From positions 384,696 to 448,695 of the forward strand of contig CAWBPL010000002.1 of the NCBI GenBank assembly GCA_963790805.1: a DNA stretch of 64,000 bases, written 5' to 3'. Below are positions 34,701-42,653 of this stretch, piece by piece. The stretch is from Candidatus Gottesmanbacteria bacterium. GTDB lineage: Bacteria > Patescibacteriota > Microgenomatia > UBA10105 > UBA927. A program made the translations under genes and the position numbers. Numbering within the stretch: the first letter of the stretch is position 1; the number at the start of each line of letters is the position of its first letter. A model generated the notes under the pieces. That model was given only the letters and a program-made list of their open reading frames with translations, searched no databases and had not been told where the DNA came from.

Positions 34701-35690
34701 ATGAATATAAAAAGAATCGCTCTTGTTTGTCTTCTTGTTTTTATTGTCGTGATTTTAGCTGTCTTTTGGGAACAAACACAAAAGAAATCACAGGTCACAA
34801 CACAACCCACGCCCAGCGCCCCGCAACCTCTTCTTCCCTCCCCCGCAACAACAACACAGCCGACATATCAGGTGGGGCCAATCGGTAAAACTTTTCCATC
34901 AACGCTCCCCGTTTATTCTGTTACAACACAACCACAAATAAAAACAATTGCGTCTATTTTTTCTTTATCTTTGGGGTTGACCGGTCAGCCCCAGGAGATT
35001 CCGTCAAACCGCGGGGCGATATATATCTGGTCCAACAAAACAAACACTGTTGTGGCGAACGAAGAATCCTCAACAATCACATTTAACGGCACGGGGCAAC
35101 TGGGTGGAAATCTTGGCAACCAACTTGAAACATACTATTCCTCCGCTGATCGGGCGCTTTCTCCGCTCCGTCTTACAAATCAGTTGATACAGTTAACGAG
35201 AGCTACGCCCCAATACTTTAATCCCGCCGGTGGAGATGCAAATGAGGTAAATTCTCCATCACAAGCAACGAGCATTCAATTAAACTATCAATACACAGTT
35301 GGGGGCGTCGCTATATATGCGGGAACCTCAACAAGCCCAAGTGTTTTTGTCCGTCTTAATGCAAACGCGGATGTGCTCTCTTTCACTGCGCGCGTCCTTC
35401 CCTCACTTAAAAAATCTGACCACTCTGTTCCCGTTATCCCTATTGTTGACGCAGTACAAAACTTATTGGGTGGCGGAGGCAGGCTTATTGATCTCGTTTC
35501 GGGGGAAACTGGTGATCAACCATATTATTTTGATTCTCCTCCAACTATATCAAATATTCAGGATGCTGACCTTGCCTATTATTATTCTCCGGCCCAAAAT
35601 CAACTCACACCTGTATATGCTTTTCGGGGTGTTGGAAAAATAAATGGAAAAATAGTTAACACCACCACTCTTGTTTCCGCAGTTAAATAA
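34701..35690 (+). CDS. N-terminally anchored exported protein of unknown function (last gene of the T4SS operon)
   Basis: It has a TM/signal N-terminus (IALVCLLVFIVVILAVFW), a Pro/Thr-rich linker, and a domain of about 260 aa that I do not recognise. Confidence 0.4.
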   Translation: MNIKRIALVCLLVFIVVILAVFWEQTQKKSQVTTQPTPSAPQPLLPSPATTTQPTYQVGPIGKTFPSTLPVYSVTTQPQIKTIASIFSLSLGLTGQPQEIPSNRGAIYIWSNKTNTVVANEESSTITFNGTGQLGGNLGNQLETYYSSADRALSPLRLTNQLIQLTRATPQYFNPAGGDANEVNSPSQATSIQLNYQYTVGGVAIYAGTSTSPSVFVRLNANADVLSFTARVLPSLKKSDHSVPVIPIVDAVQNLLGGGGRLIDLVSGETGDQPYYFDSPPTISNIQDADLAYYYSPAQNQLTPVYAFRGVGKINGKIVNTTTLVSAVK

Positions 35691-35702
35691 TTGTAGAACC
35701 AC

Positions 35703-36812
35703 CTAGGAACCCTGCACCCGTACGGGCATAATAATGTGCAAATACGAATCGTCTTTTGTTGGTTTAAATACACCGGGATTTAAACTCCCAGTCATCTCAA
35801 ACAACAGCTCTTCTTCTTTATAATTTGATAAAAATTCCAGCAAAAATCGACTGTTAAATGCTATATCCCCGCCTTCACCATCAACTTTTGCTTCGACATC
35901 AATTTCGTCTTCTCCAACCTGAGGAGTGTTTGCTGACACGGTTAATGTTTGATTTTCTATGTGAAAGCGGATAATGTTGGCGTTGTCCCGCGCAAAAATT
36001 GCTGCTGCTTTTACTGCTTTTTCAAGAGCCGCCCTTTCCAAAAGAGTGCGGGTGTTGTGCTTTGCGGGTATAATTTTTTCAAAGTCGGGATACTCCCCGT
36101 CTATAAGGCGCGTTCTAATCTCTGTGTCTCCGATTATAAAAGCCACCTGTCCGTCTGCCGGTTTTACTATGTCGATATCATTCACCGCCTTGTCTTCTTC
36201 GCAGACTTTTATCACCTCGGTAAGCGCCCGTGCGGGCACCAAAAAATCGAGCGGTTCTTTGGTTTTTAGTGCTACGCGTCTTACCGAAAGCCTGTATCCG
36301 TCTGTTGCTGCAAATACCGTCTCCTCTTCAACACGAACAACCCTCACCCCCGTAAGAAGCGGCCTTCCCTCGTCTGTCGCTGCAGAAAAAATTACTCCAC
36401 TAATCGCGTCAATTATCTGTTTCTTTTCAACGCTTATTTCGTTCTTTTTTAAAACGCTTGCCACTGGCGGAAACTCTTCTTGTGGAGCACCGGGAATGGT
36501 TGCCCGAAACCCGCCGCACTGTATAAACAGGCTCCCTTCTTTTGTAAGCATCGTTACGGTTGATTGGGGGAGCGACGAAACAAACTCGAATAACAACCGA
36601 GAGGAAACACAAATCCCTCCCTCTTTTTCAATTTTTGCGCCAACAAGCGTTATTTCCGTTGTCTCAAGGTTCGTTGCTGTTATTTTTAGTCTGCTTTCGT
36701 TTGTGGTTAAAAGTACGTTTTGGACAATTGGTAGTTGGGGTTTAACCGGTACTATTCTTCCAACTCGTATTAAAGACTTTATTAGGTTTTCTTGTAAAAC
36801 ATTAACAATCAT
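35703..36812 (-). CDS. dnaN: DNA polymerase III beta sliding clamp
   Basis: The 369-aa product carries LPIVQNVLLTTNESRLKITATNLE, DGYRLSV and a C-terminal MPVR. It lies downstream of dnaA. Confidence 0.92.
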   Translation of the reverse strand: MIVNVLQENLIKSLIRVGRIVPVKPQLPIVQNVLLTTNESRLKITATNLETTEITLVGAKIEKEGGICVSSRLLFEFVSSLPQSTVTMLTKEGSLFIQCGGFRATIPGAPQEEFPPVASVLKKNEISVEKKQIIDAISGVIFSAATDEGRPLLTGVRVVRVEEETVFAATDGYRLSVRRVALKTKEPLDFLVPARALTEVIKVCEEDKAVNDIDIVKPADGQVAFIIGDTEIRTRLIDGEYPDFEKIIPAKHNTRTLLERAALEKAVKAAAIFARDNANIIRFHIENQTLTVSANTPQVGEDEIDVEAKVDGEGGDIAFNSRFLLEFLSNYKEEELLFEMTGSLNPGVFKPTKDDSYLHIIMPVRVQGS

Positions 36813-37004
36813 ATTTTATATATCTATTAGTAGTAGTAAATAGAAAGCGGTGTGGAAAAGTGTATGCTTTTTTGTCTGAGCTGTCAACGGACGGTTCTGG
36901 CGACAAAAAGAAATAAAAAGAACAGGAAAAGCAGGAGTATTGGGTGTGGATAACTTGGTGGATAAAAAGTATTAATTTGTGGATAAGTGGAAAACTTAAC
37001 AGTG
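36813..37004. other. oriC-like region: DnaA-box cluster plus AT-rich stretch in the dnaA-dnaN intergenic spacer
   Basis: TGTGGATAA is perfect at 36945-36953 and 36978-36986. Boxes matching 8/9 are tgtggaaaa (36851-36859) and ggtggataa (36957-36965). A 7/9 box lies at 36986-36994. All are in one orientation. An AT-rich run lies at about 36811-36845. Confidence 0.7.
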
Positions 37005-38369
37005 TTATACCCAAAGCCGTTGTTTTATCCCCGCCACCGCCTCGCGAAGACGCTCGTTTGTGGACAATTCCCTTGTAATTGTTTCAACGCCATGCATGAT
37101 GGTGGTGTGGTCTCTCCCGCCGAGAACCCCGCCGATGTCATCGAGGGTAAGCCCAAGCTCCGTGCGGCAAAGATACATAAAAATTTGTCGCGGTCGGGCA
37201 AGGGGGCGGTCTCTTTTTGGCCCCTTAATGGCCGTGGTTTTTATACCGAAGTATTGTGCAACAGCTTCAAGAACATCCTGAGGAGGAACCCGCTTGGTTT
37301 GTTTCTGTTGTTCTCCCCCGTTTGGCTTGATACTTAACAGTGAGGCCACAAGTTCAACGGAAATCGTTGTTTTTCGAGCCACCATTTCTGTTGTAAGGCG
37401 ACGCAAAAACCCCTCAATTGCCCGAACGTCCGAAAGGTTTGCTGCAATAAGTTGTGCGGCGTCTCCCTGAACGGCCACCCCCATAGCTGTGGATTTAATA
37501 TTAATAATAGCAACACGAAGTTCAAAATCTGGTGGGGATATGTCTACCGTGAGTCCTCCTTCAAAACGAGAGCGCAGCCGGTCTTCGAGTTTTGAAATTT
37601 CAGCAGGCGGCCTGTCGGAAATAAGGATAATCTGTCCACCCTCTCTGTGCACCGCGTTAAAAGTGTGAAAAAATTCTTCTTGGGCTGTTTGCTTGCCGGC
37701 TATAAATTGTACGTCATCAACAAGAAGGAGCTGTGATGACCTGAATTTTTGTTTAAACTGTCGGGCGGTTTTTGTTTGAATTGCCTCAACAAGCTCGCTT
37801 AAAAACTCCTCGCCCATACAATACACAACGGGAGTGTTGGGTTTTCTTGCTAAGATGGCATTGGCAACCGCCTGCATGAGGTGCGTTTTTCCCACCCCCA
37901 CCCCGCCATATATAAACAGCGGGTTGTATGCCGTTCCCGGCGATCGGGCGACGGCAGTTGCCGCGGCGTAGGCCATTTGGTTTGTTGTTGATACGGCAAA
38001 ATTTTCGAATGTTGCCTCGGGACGGATGTGAAGCCTTTTTGCGATAGAGATGGTGCTTATGGTTGTTTCTTCGTGGGTGGGCATAAACAGAGGGCCGGCG
38101 TCGTTTCGCGAGAGAACTTCTTTTTTAGGGACAACAACAAAAACAAGACTGGTGTTCTGATTTGTATGGTGATCCAAGATGCTTTTTACGAGTGAATAGT
38201 ATCGTGTTTCAACAAGCGTTTTCATAAGGGGGTTCGCAAATCCAATTGTGGCAACGTTGTTTGTTAGCGACACGAGTTGAGAGTTTGCAAAATGCGTTTG
38301 GTATGTTGCTTTTGAAACAGAGAGCTCTAGCTCGGCGAGAATAGATTTCCAAAGTTTTTCAGTGTCCAT
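37005..38369 (-). CDS. dnaA: Chromosomal replication initiator DnaA
   Basis: I place the start at ATG 38369 (MDTEKLWKSILAEL...). It carries Walker A GGVGVGKTHL, then LLLVDDVQF, and the C-terminal DNA-binding region GGRDHTTIMHG. The ORF-track start at 38414 would run over DnaA boxes. Confidence 0.95.
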   Translation of the reverse strand: MDTEKLWKSILAELELSVSKATYQTHFANSQLVSLTNNVATIGFANPLMKTLVETRYYSLVKSILDHHTNQNTSLVFVVVPKKEVLSRNDAGPLFMPTHEETTISTISIAKRLHIRPEATFENFAVSTTNQMAYAAATAVARSPGTAYNPLFIYGGVGVGKTHLMQAVANAILARKPNTPVVYCMGEEFLSELVEAIQTKTARQFKQKFRSSQLLLVDDVQFIAGKQTAQEEFFHTFNAVHREGGQIILISDRPPAEISKLEDRLRSRFEGGLTVDISPPDFELRVAIINIKSTAMGVAVQGDAAQLIAANLSDVRAIEGFLRRLTTEMVARKTTISVELVASLLSIKPNGGEQQKQTKRVPPQDVLEAVAQYFGIKTTAIKGPKRDRPLARPRQIFMYLCRTELGLTLDDIGGVLGGRDHTTIMHGVETITRELSTNERLREAVAGIKQRLWV

Positions 38370-38395
38370 ATGATTGTGAGGCAGAAATGAGGGAC

Positions 38396-38414
38396 GTGGA
38401 TAAGTTGTCCACAA
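38396..38414. promoter_or_regulatory. Inverted pair of near-consensus DnaA boxes upstream of dnaA
   Basis: cgtggataa (38396-38404) and ttgtccaca (38406-38414) each match TTATCCACA/TGTGGATAA at 8/9 positions. They may mediate dnaA autoregulation or form a second origin module. Confidence 0.55.
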
Positions 38415-38507
38415 TAGTAGATAAGTTTAACACGTCTGTCAAGAGACATATAATTCACGTATCCAAGGAGACACCCCGTGTAGTAAAATGATGATAATTT
38501 CCTTGTT

Positions 38508-41450
38508 ATGATTTACATACGCCGCCCAGTTTTGCAAAATCAGCCAGAGTCTTTTGAACAAAAGCAGGGGCCTGCGGGAATATATAAAAAAGAACTTATA
38601 ATAAGCGTTGTGGTGGCTCTGGTCGGGGTGTTGTGTGTACTATACGCATTGTTTAGCCGAAATTATGAGTGGATTGTTAATAAAGGTGTTGATGTTTCAC
38701 GGCCCCCAATTTTTACCCCCAAAACAACGCTTCTAACAAACTTTCAGGCATATGACAAAGGAGTTCTTTATACGACGGAAAACGATGCCCTATCTGCACG
38801 CGATAAAAGTTTTAAAAAAGAAATATGGAGGGTAACGCTGGACAGCGGATACGTTTTTGCCACCCCCCCTACGGTTTTTTTAAACTATGTTTTTGCCGGA
38901 GACACAACGGGCAGGCTCTACGCCTTTTATACGAATTCTGGAAAAATTGCGTGGGAATTTTTTCATAACCCAACAAAACAATCAACAGCAAAGCGGATGA
39001 CCCCCGCTTTATGGTTTGGCGAAATGATTTTTACAAGGGACACGGTAGTGCTTGGAGCAAGAGACGGTGTTATTACCGCGCTCTATCAAAGGTCTGGAAA
39101 AACGAAATGGACGTACGCTATGGATGATGCCGTTTCTTCTCTTGAGAGCAGCGCGGGAACGATTTTTGCGACAAGTTTTTCAGGCCAGATGGTGGCTCTT
39201 TCTTCAGACGGCCACCTTTTGTGGAGCAGTAGAGGCATAAAAGACGTGAAGTATGAGGAGTTTCCCGGTAAAGAAAGCATACTAACAAGATTTTTTATGC
39301 AATTTCCCAAAATTCAGGTGTCAAACTTTTTTGTAAGACGGTATCTTTCTGTTTTGTCAATGAACGCGGCCGGTGACGTTGTTTCAAGAGACATGAGAAC
39401 TGGGGCGGTATTATATCATGCGACTCTGGGCTCTCAAACAACCACCCAACCGGCGCTGTGGGCAGATTCTCTTTTTGTTGGGACAGACGCGGGACAAGGT
39501 ACAGTAACAAAAATGAATCTGATTACCGGTTCAATAGTTTGGGCTTTTGGAGGTGGGGATACGTTTTCCGCGACACCGATAATAGGATATAGAAACATAT
39601 TATCGGGCGTATTATGTAGTGCGTTAAGCTCTTATTCGTGGACTTCTCGGCCGTGTTTGGCGACGGTGTTTGTTGGTGATTACGGTGGCAATTTTTATGC
39701 AATTGACGAATTTTCCGGCGCGCTCGTTTGGCAGTTTCGTTCGTCCGGACCCATTACCGCTTCAGCGGTAATTCATAATCGCCATGTTGTGTTTGGCAAT
39801 TTAGCTGGCGATCTGTATCAAGTTTTTATTCTTGACGGGAAGACTCCTAAAAAAATTGGCTGGCAGAATATCACAGTAAAGCAAAACAAGACCGTCCTGT
39901 CGGGGGCAGATGTGCTGGAACTAACTCTTGCCTACCCCGATGATTATTTTCTTCACCCGTGGAACGATGTAGCGGTTGCCGCTCAATTTAAAAACGATAA
40001 AGGCGTCATTTTTAATATAAATGGGTATTATTATGATAAAAACACTTGGAAAGTTATATTCAATCCTCCCAAAGAGGGAAAGTGGAGCTATGTGGTTCAG
40101 TTTCAGTTTCCCGATTTTTCAACCGTAACGCGTCGTGGAGTATTTACCAGTGATAAGTCAAATAAAGGATCGTATTTAAAAACGGTATATATTCGAGGCG
40201 GAATCGGGCGACTAACAGCCGACGGGCAGACCGTGTTTTCGGTTTTAGGTGTTCAGAACACAGAGAAGGACTCAAATTGCGACGGAAACGTATTAGATGA
40301 TTTTGCAATTGGAGGAGACAATGAAGAGTCAACAAAAAGCGCGCTGTTGTCGTGTTTTCAAAAAACAAACACCCACACTCTTGACGAATTTTTGAGTCAA
40401 TATGGAGACGGATCACGCGTGTTTAACACGTTTCGCTTCGGGTTTAACAACGCATCGTTTTCACTGGTTCAAAGCATGTCGCCTGGATATTACCAGTATT
40501 TACCTTTTGAAGGAAGAGCAGCAGACGCTTTGGCAAAATCCGTTGTTTCTCATGGTCTCCATCTGTGGATGACCATGTTTGACCCAACAGTATTAAATGA
40601 TACTCTTTGGAATTCCTCTCCCCTCTATCCGTTTTTGGCGAAGCAATATATTAAATATATTGTTGCCCGGTATGGTGCCTATGTTAGTGTTTGGGAATTG
40701 ACGAACGAGATGAACACTGATGACGCGATCATTAATGTTTTGGCTACATATTTAAAGAGTCTTGATTATGAATCAAGACCAATCTCTGCAAGTTTTGAAA
40801 AGCCTGAACTATGGAACATAGATGTCATTTCTCCCCACTGGTATGAAAACGCTCAAAGCGGAAATTTTGATACCTCCCTTTTGCAACAGGTTTATAACGC
40901 AAAATATAACACTTTTGGGAAACCGGTTATTTTTGGAGAGATTGGAAATAAGACATTCAATTGGGATCCGCTTTCAGCGACACAAATGAGGGTGCGGGCA
41001 TGGGCAGCTGCCATGAATAATATTGGTTTAATATTTTGGAATATGTCGGAAAACAAAAATTACGTTCCTCCAACGGGGCCGGGTTATAACGGAAATCAAT
41101 ATATTGGGACAGAAGAAAGAGATTCGGTAAGAGCGCTCAATTCTTTTATGGCGGGCGTGAAGATTAACAGCTCGGTCTTCAGTTTTAACGTAGACACACG
41201 TAGTATTCGTTCGTACGGAATTTCAGATGACTCAAAAATTAGAGGATATTTTTATCGATATTCAGATGCTTTCGATCAGAGTCCTATAACTGTATCCTTT
41301 GTGGTTCCTTCGAGCGGTTTTTTACAGTGGTATGATACAAAAAGCGGAAACATCATAAAGCAAGTACGCTTAAACAAAGGCGCTGTACGAGTTCTCAGTC
41401 CTCCTTTTGCTGTTGATATCGCAGCGGTTTATTTGCAAGACTCCCAGTAG
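38508..41450 (+). CDS. Membrane-anchored PQQ-like beta-propeller + DUF5060-like Ig domain + clan-A (GH5-like) glycoside hydrolase domain protein
   Basis: It has an N-terminal TM. Repeated propeller strands follow (GRLYAFYTNSGKIAWEF, GVITALYQRSGKTKWTY, GNFYAIDEFSGALVWQF). Next comes WNDVAVAAQFKNDKGVIFNINGYYYDKNTWKVIFNPPKEGKWSY. TIM-barrel GH signatures are YGAYVSVWELTNE (acid/base NE) and KPVIFGEIG (nucleophile E). Confidence 0.65.
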   Translation: MIYIRRPVLQNQPESFEQKQGPAGIYKKELIISVVVALVGVLCVLYALFSRNYEWIVNKGVDVSRPPIFTPKTTLLTNFQAYDKGVLYTTENDALSARDKSFKKEIWRVTLDSGYVFATPPTVFLNYVFAGDTTGRLYAFYTNSGKIAWEFFHNPTKQSTAKRMTPALWFGEMIFTRDTVVLGARDGVITALYQRSGKTKWTYAMDDAVSSLESSAGTIFATSFSGQMVALSSDGHLLWSSRGIKDVKYEEFPGKESILTRFFMQFPKIQVSNFFVRRYLSVLSMNAAGDVVSRDMRTGAVLYHATLGSQTTTQPALWADSLFVGTDAGQGTVTKMNLITGSIVWAFGGGDTFSATPIIGYRNILSGVLCSALSSYSWTSRPCLATVFVGDYGGNFYAIDEFSGALVWQFRSSGPITASAVIHNRHVVFGNLAGDLYQVFILDGKTPKKIGWQNITVKQNKTVLSGADVLELTLAYPDDYFLHPWNDVAVAAQFKNDKGVIFNINGYYYDKNTWKVIFNPPKEGKWSYVVQFQFPDFSTVTRRGVFTSDKSNKGSYLKTVYIRGGIGRLTADGQTVFSVLGVQNTEKDSNCDGNVLDDFAIGGDNEESTKSALLSCFQKTNTHTLDEFLSQYGDGSRVFNTFRFGFNNASFSLVQSMSPGYYQYLPFEGRAADALAKSVVSHGLHLWMTMFDPTVLNDTLWNSSPLYPFLAKQYIKYIVARYGAYVSVWELTNEMNTDDAIINVLATYLKSLDYESRPISASFEKPELWNIDVISPHWYENAQSGNFDTSLLQQVYNAKYNTFGKPVIFGEIGNKTFNWDPLSATQMRVRAWAAAMNNIGLIFWNMSENKNYVPPTGPGYNGNQYIGTEERDSVRALNSFMAGVKINSSVFSFNVDTRSIRSYGISDDSKIRGYFYRYSDAFDQSPITVSFVVPSSGFLQWYDTKSGNIIKQVRLNKGAVRVLSPPFAVDIAAVYLQDSQ

Positions 41451-41672
41451 CTTTAGAGTATATATTGTTCATTCATACACAACTTTAAGACATGTAATTT
41501 CTTGGCAAACTTTACTGTATGAATGATTTCAAATTTTTTTGATCGATGAATCGTGTTGTGGCATACGTATATAAAAGTTGTTCAGCATTCGTTCATATAC
41601 GTTTCTACTAATGTTTTATTGGGTGTTTCTGCTATAACTAACTTTGTGGTTGTGATACATTTATAATGCTTT

Positions 41673-42647
41673 ATGAACATATATCTTGTCATTCCGACAA
41701 TCCGAACTTTACGTTTTCTCAAAGATTGGAAAAATCAATTTCAAGATTGTCACATTGTGATAATTGAAGATCACGCAACCCAAGAAATAGAAACTCCGAA
41801 GGTGCCAAGTAAAGAAGTAATTCACTATACATGGAAAGATGTTGCAAACGATTTTGGACCAAAAGAATGGGTTTTCTCTCGGAAAAACGCCGGTATACGA
41901 TCGTATGGTTTTTGGAAATCGTATCAACGCGGGGCGGATGTTGTAATTACGCTTGATGACGATTGTTATCCGGTTGAAGACGGTTTTATAGAACGACACA
42001 TACGTAATTTAAACCTCAAGTCGCCAGACCGTTGGGTAAACACCTATCCTCATCCAGACTACGTATTTACTCGTGGTATACCCTATTCTATTCGCGATAA
42101 GTACCGGTCTGTTATTAGCCATGGGTTGTGGACGAATAAGATTGATTTGGATGGTCAAACAGAGATTAACTTTCCATCATTACATTTGCCAAGCTATCCT
42201 CCATTGTTTCAATTTATTCCAAAAGGAGTCTACTTTCCCATGTGTTCAATGAATTTAGCATTTACTCGTGACGTAGTTCCTCTTATGTATTTTCCATTGA
42301 TGGGACTTGATAAGAATGGAATATCGTGGGGATATGACCGTTTTGATGATATTTGGGCTGGAATATTCGCAAAAAAAATTATTGATCATCTTGGATTGTC
42401 TGCTGTCAACGGCTCTCCCTTTATCGAGCACAGAAAGGCATCCGACGTACGAAGTAATATTTTAAAAGAAAAAAACGGTATGAAGGTAAATGAATCACTG
42501 TGGAGAGCGGTCGATGTGGTGAGTCTAACCATGCGTACCCCCGAGTCCTGCTATAGAGAGCTTGCCGAAAAAGTTGTTTTTCCAAAATCCCAGTATTTTC
42601 AAAAACTTAAAGAAGCAATGATTATTTGGGCAAACCTTTTTATTTAA
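41673..42647 (+). CDS. Reversibly-glycosylated-polypeptide / UDP-arabinopyranose-mutase family protein (GT75)
   Basis: It aligns by eye along its whole length with plant RGP/UAM. Shared segments are LVIPTIRTLRFL, ITLDDDCYP, TRGIPYSIR, SHGLWTNKIDLDGQT, IPKGVYFPMCSMNLAF, RFDDIWAGIFAKKIIDHLGL and HRKAS. Confidence 0.8.
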   Translation: MNIYLVIPTIRTLRFLKDWKNQFQDCHIVIIEDHATQEIETPKVPSKEVIHYTWKDVANDFGPKEWVFSRKNAGIRSYGFWKSYQRGADVVITLDDDCYPVEDGFIERHIRNLNLKSPDRWVNTYPHPDYVFTRGIPYSIRDKYRSVISHGLWTNKIDLDGQTEINFPSLHLPSYPPLFQFIPKGVYFPMCSMNLAFTRDVVPLMYFPLMGLDKNGISWGYDRFDDIWAGIFAKKIIDHLGLSAVNGSPFIEHRKASDVRSNILKEKNGMKVNESLWRAVDVVSLTMRTPESCYRELAEKVVFPKSQYFQKLKEAMIIWANLFI

Positions 42648-42653
42648 ATCTTT

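Noticed and set aside
17118-35690. Interpretation of the pilin/VirB4/VirD4 genes as an integrated conjugative element or plasmid remnant
   Set aside because: The region has no relaxase, no integrase and no rep or par genes. I see no flanking direct repeats. Housekeeping genes (nadD, dnaN, dnaA) are interleaved or adjacent. This remains testable on the full genome.
35974-36843. 289-aa plus-strand ORF, and the 106-aa ORF at 35949-36269
   Set aside because: They are antisense to dnaN, which has unmistakable sliding-clamp sequence. The plus-strand translation is low-complexity and Ser/Thr/Ala-rich, as is typical of a shadow frame.
41469-41526. 11-bp inverted repeat tcattcataca / tgtatgaatga with a 36-nt spacer in the 222-nt gap before the RGP-like gene
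   Set aside because: The loop is too long for a terminator. No U-tract follows, and an 11-mer match in AT-rich DNA may be chance. There is not enough evidence for a regulatory call.
41451-41672. Scan of the larger intergenic gaps (41451-41672, 47010-47236, 55071-55199, 60010-60328) for tRNA genes
   Set aside because: No GGTTCGAATCC-like T-arm consensus or cloverleaf could be found on either strand by eye. A tRNAscan run would be needed to exclude atypical tRNAs.
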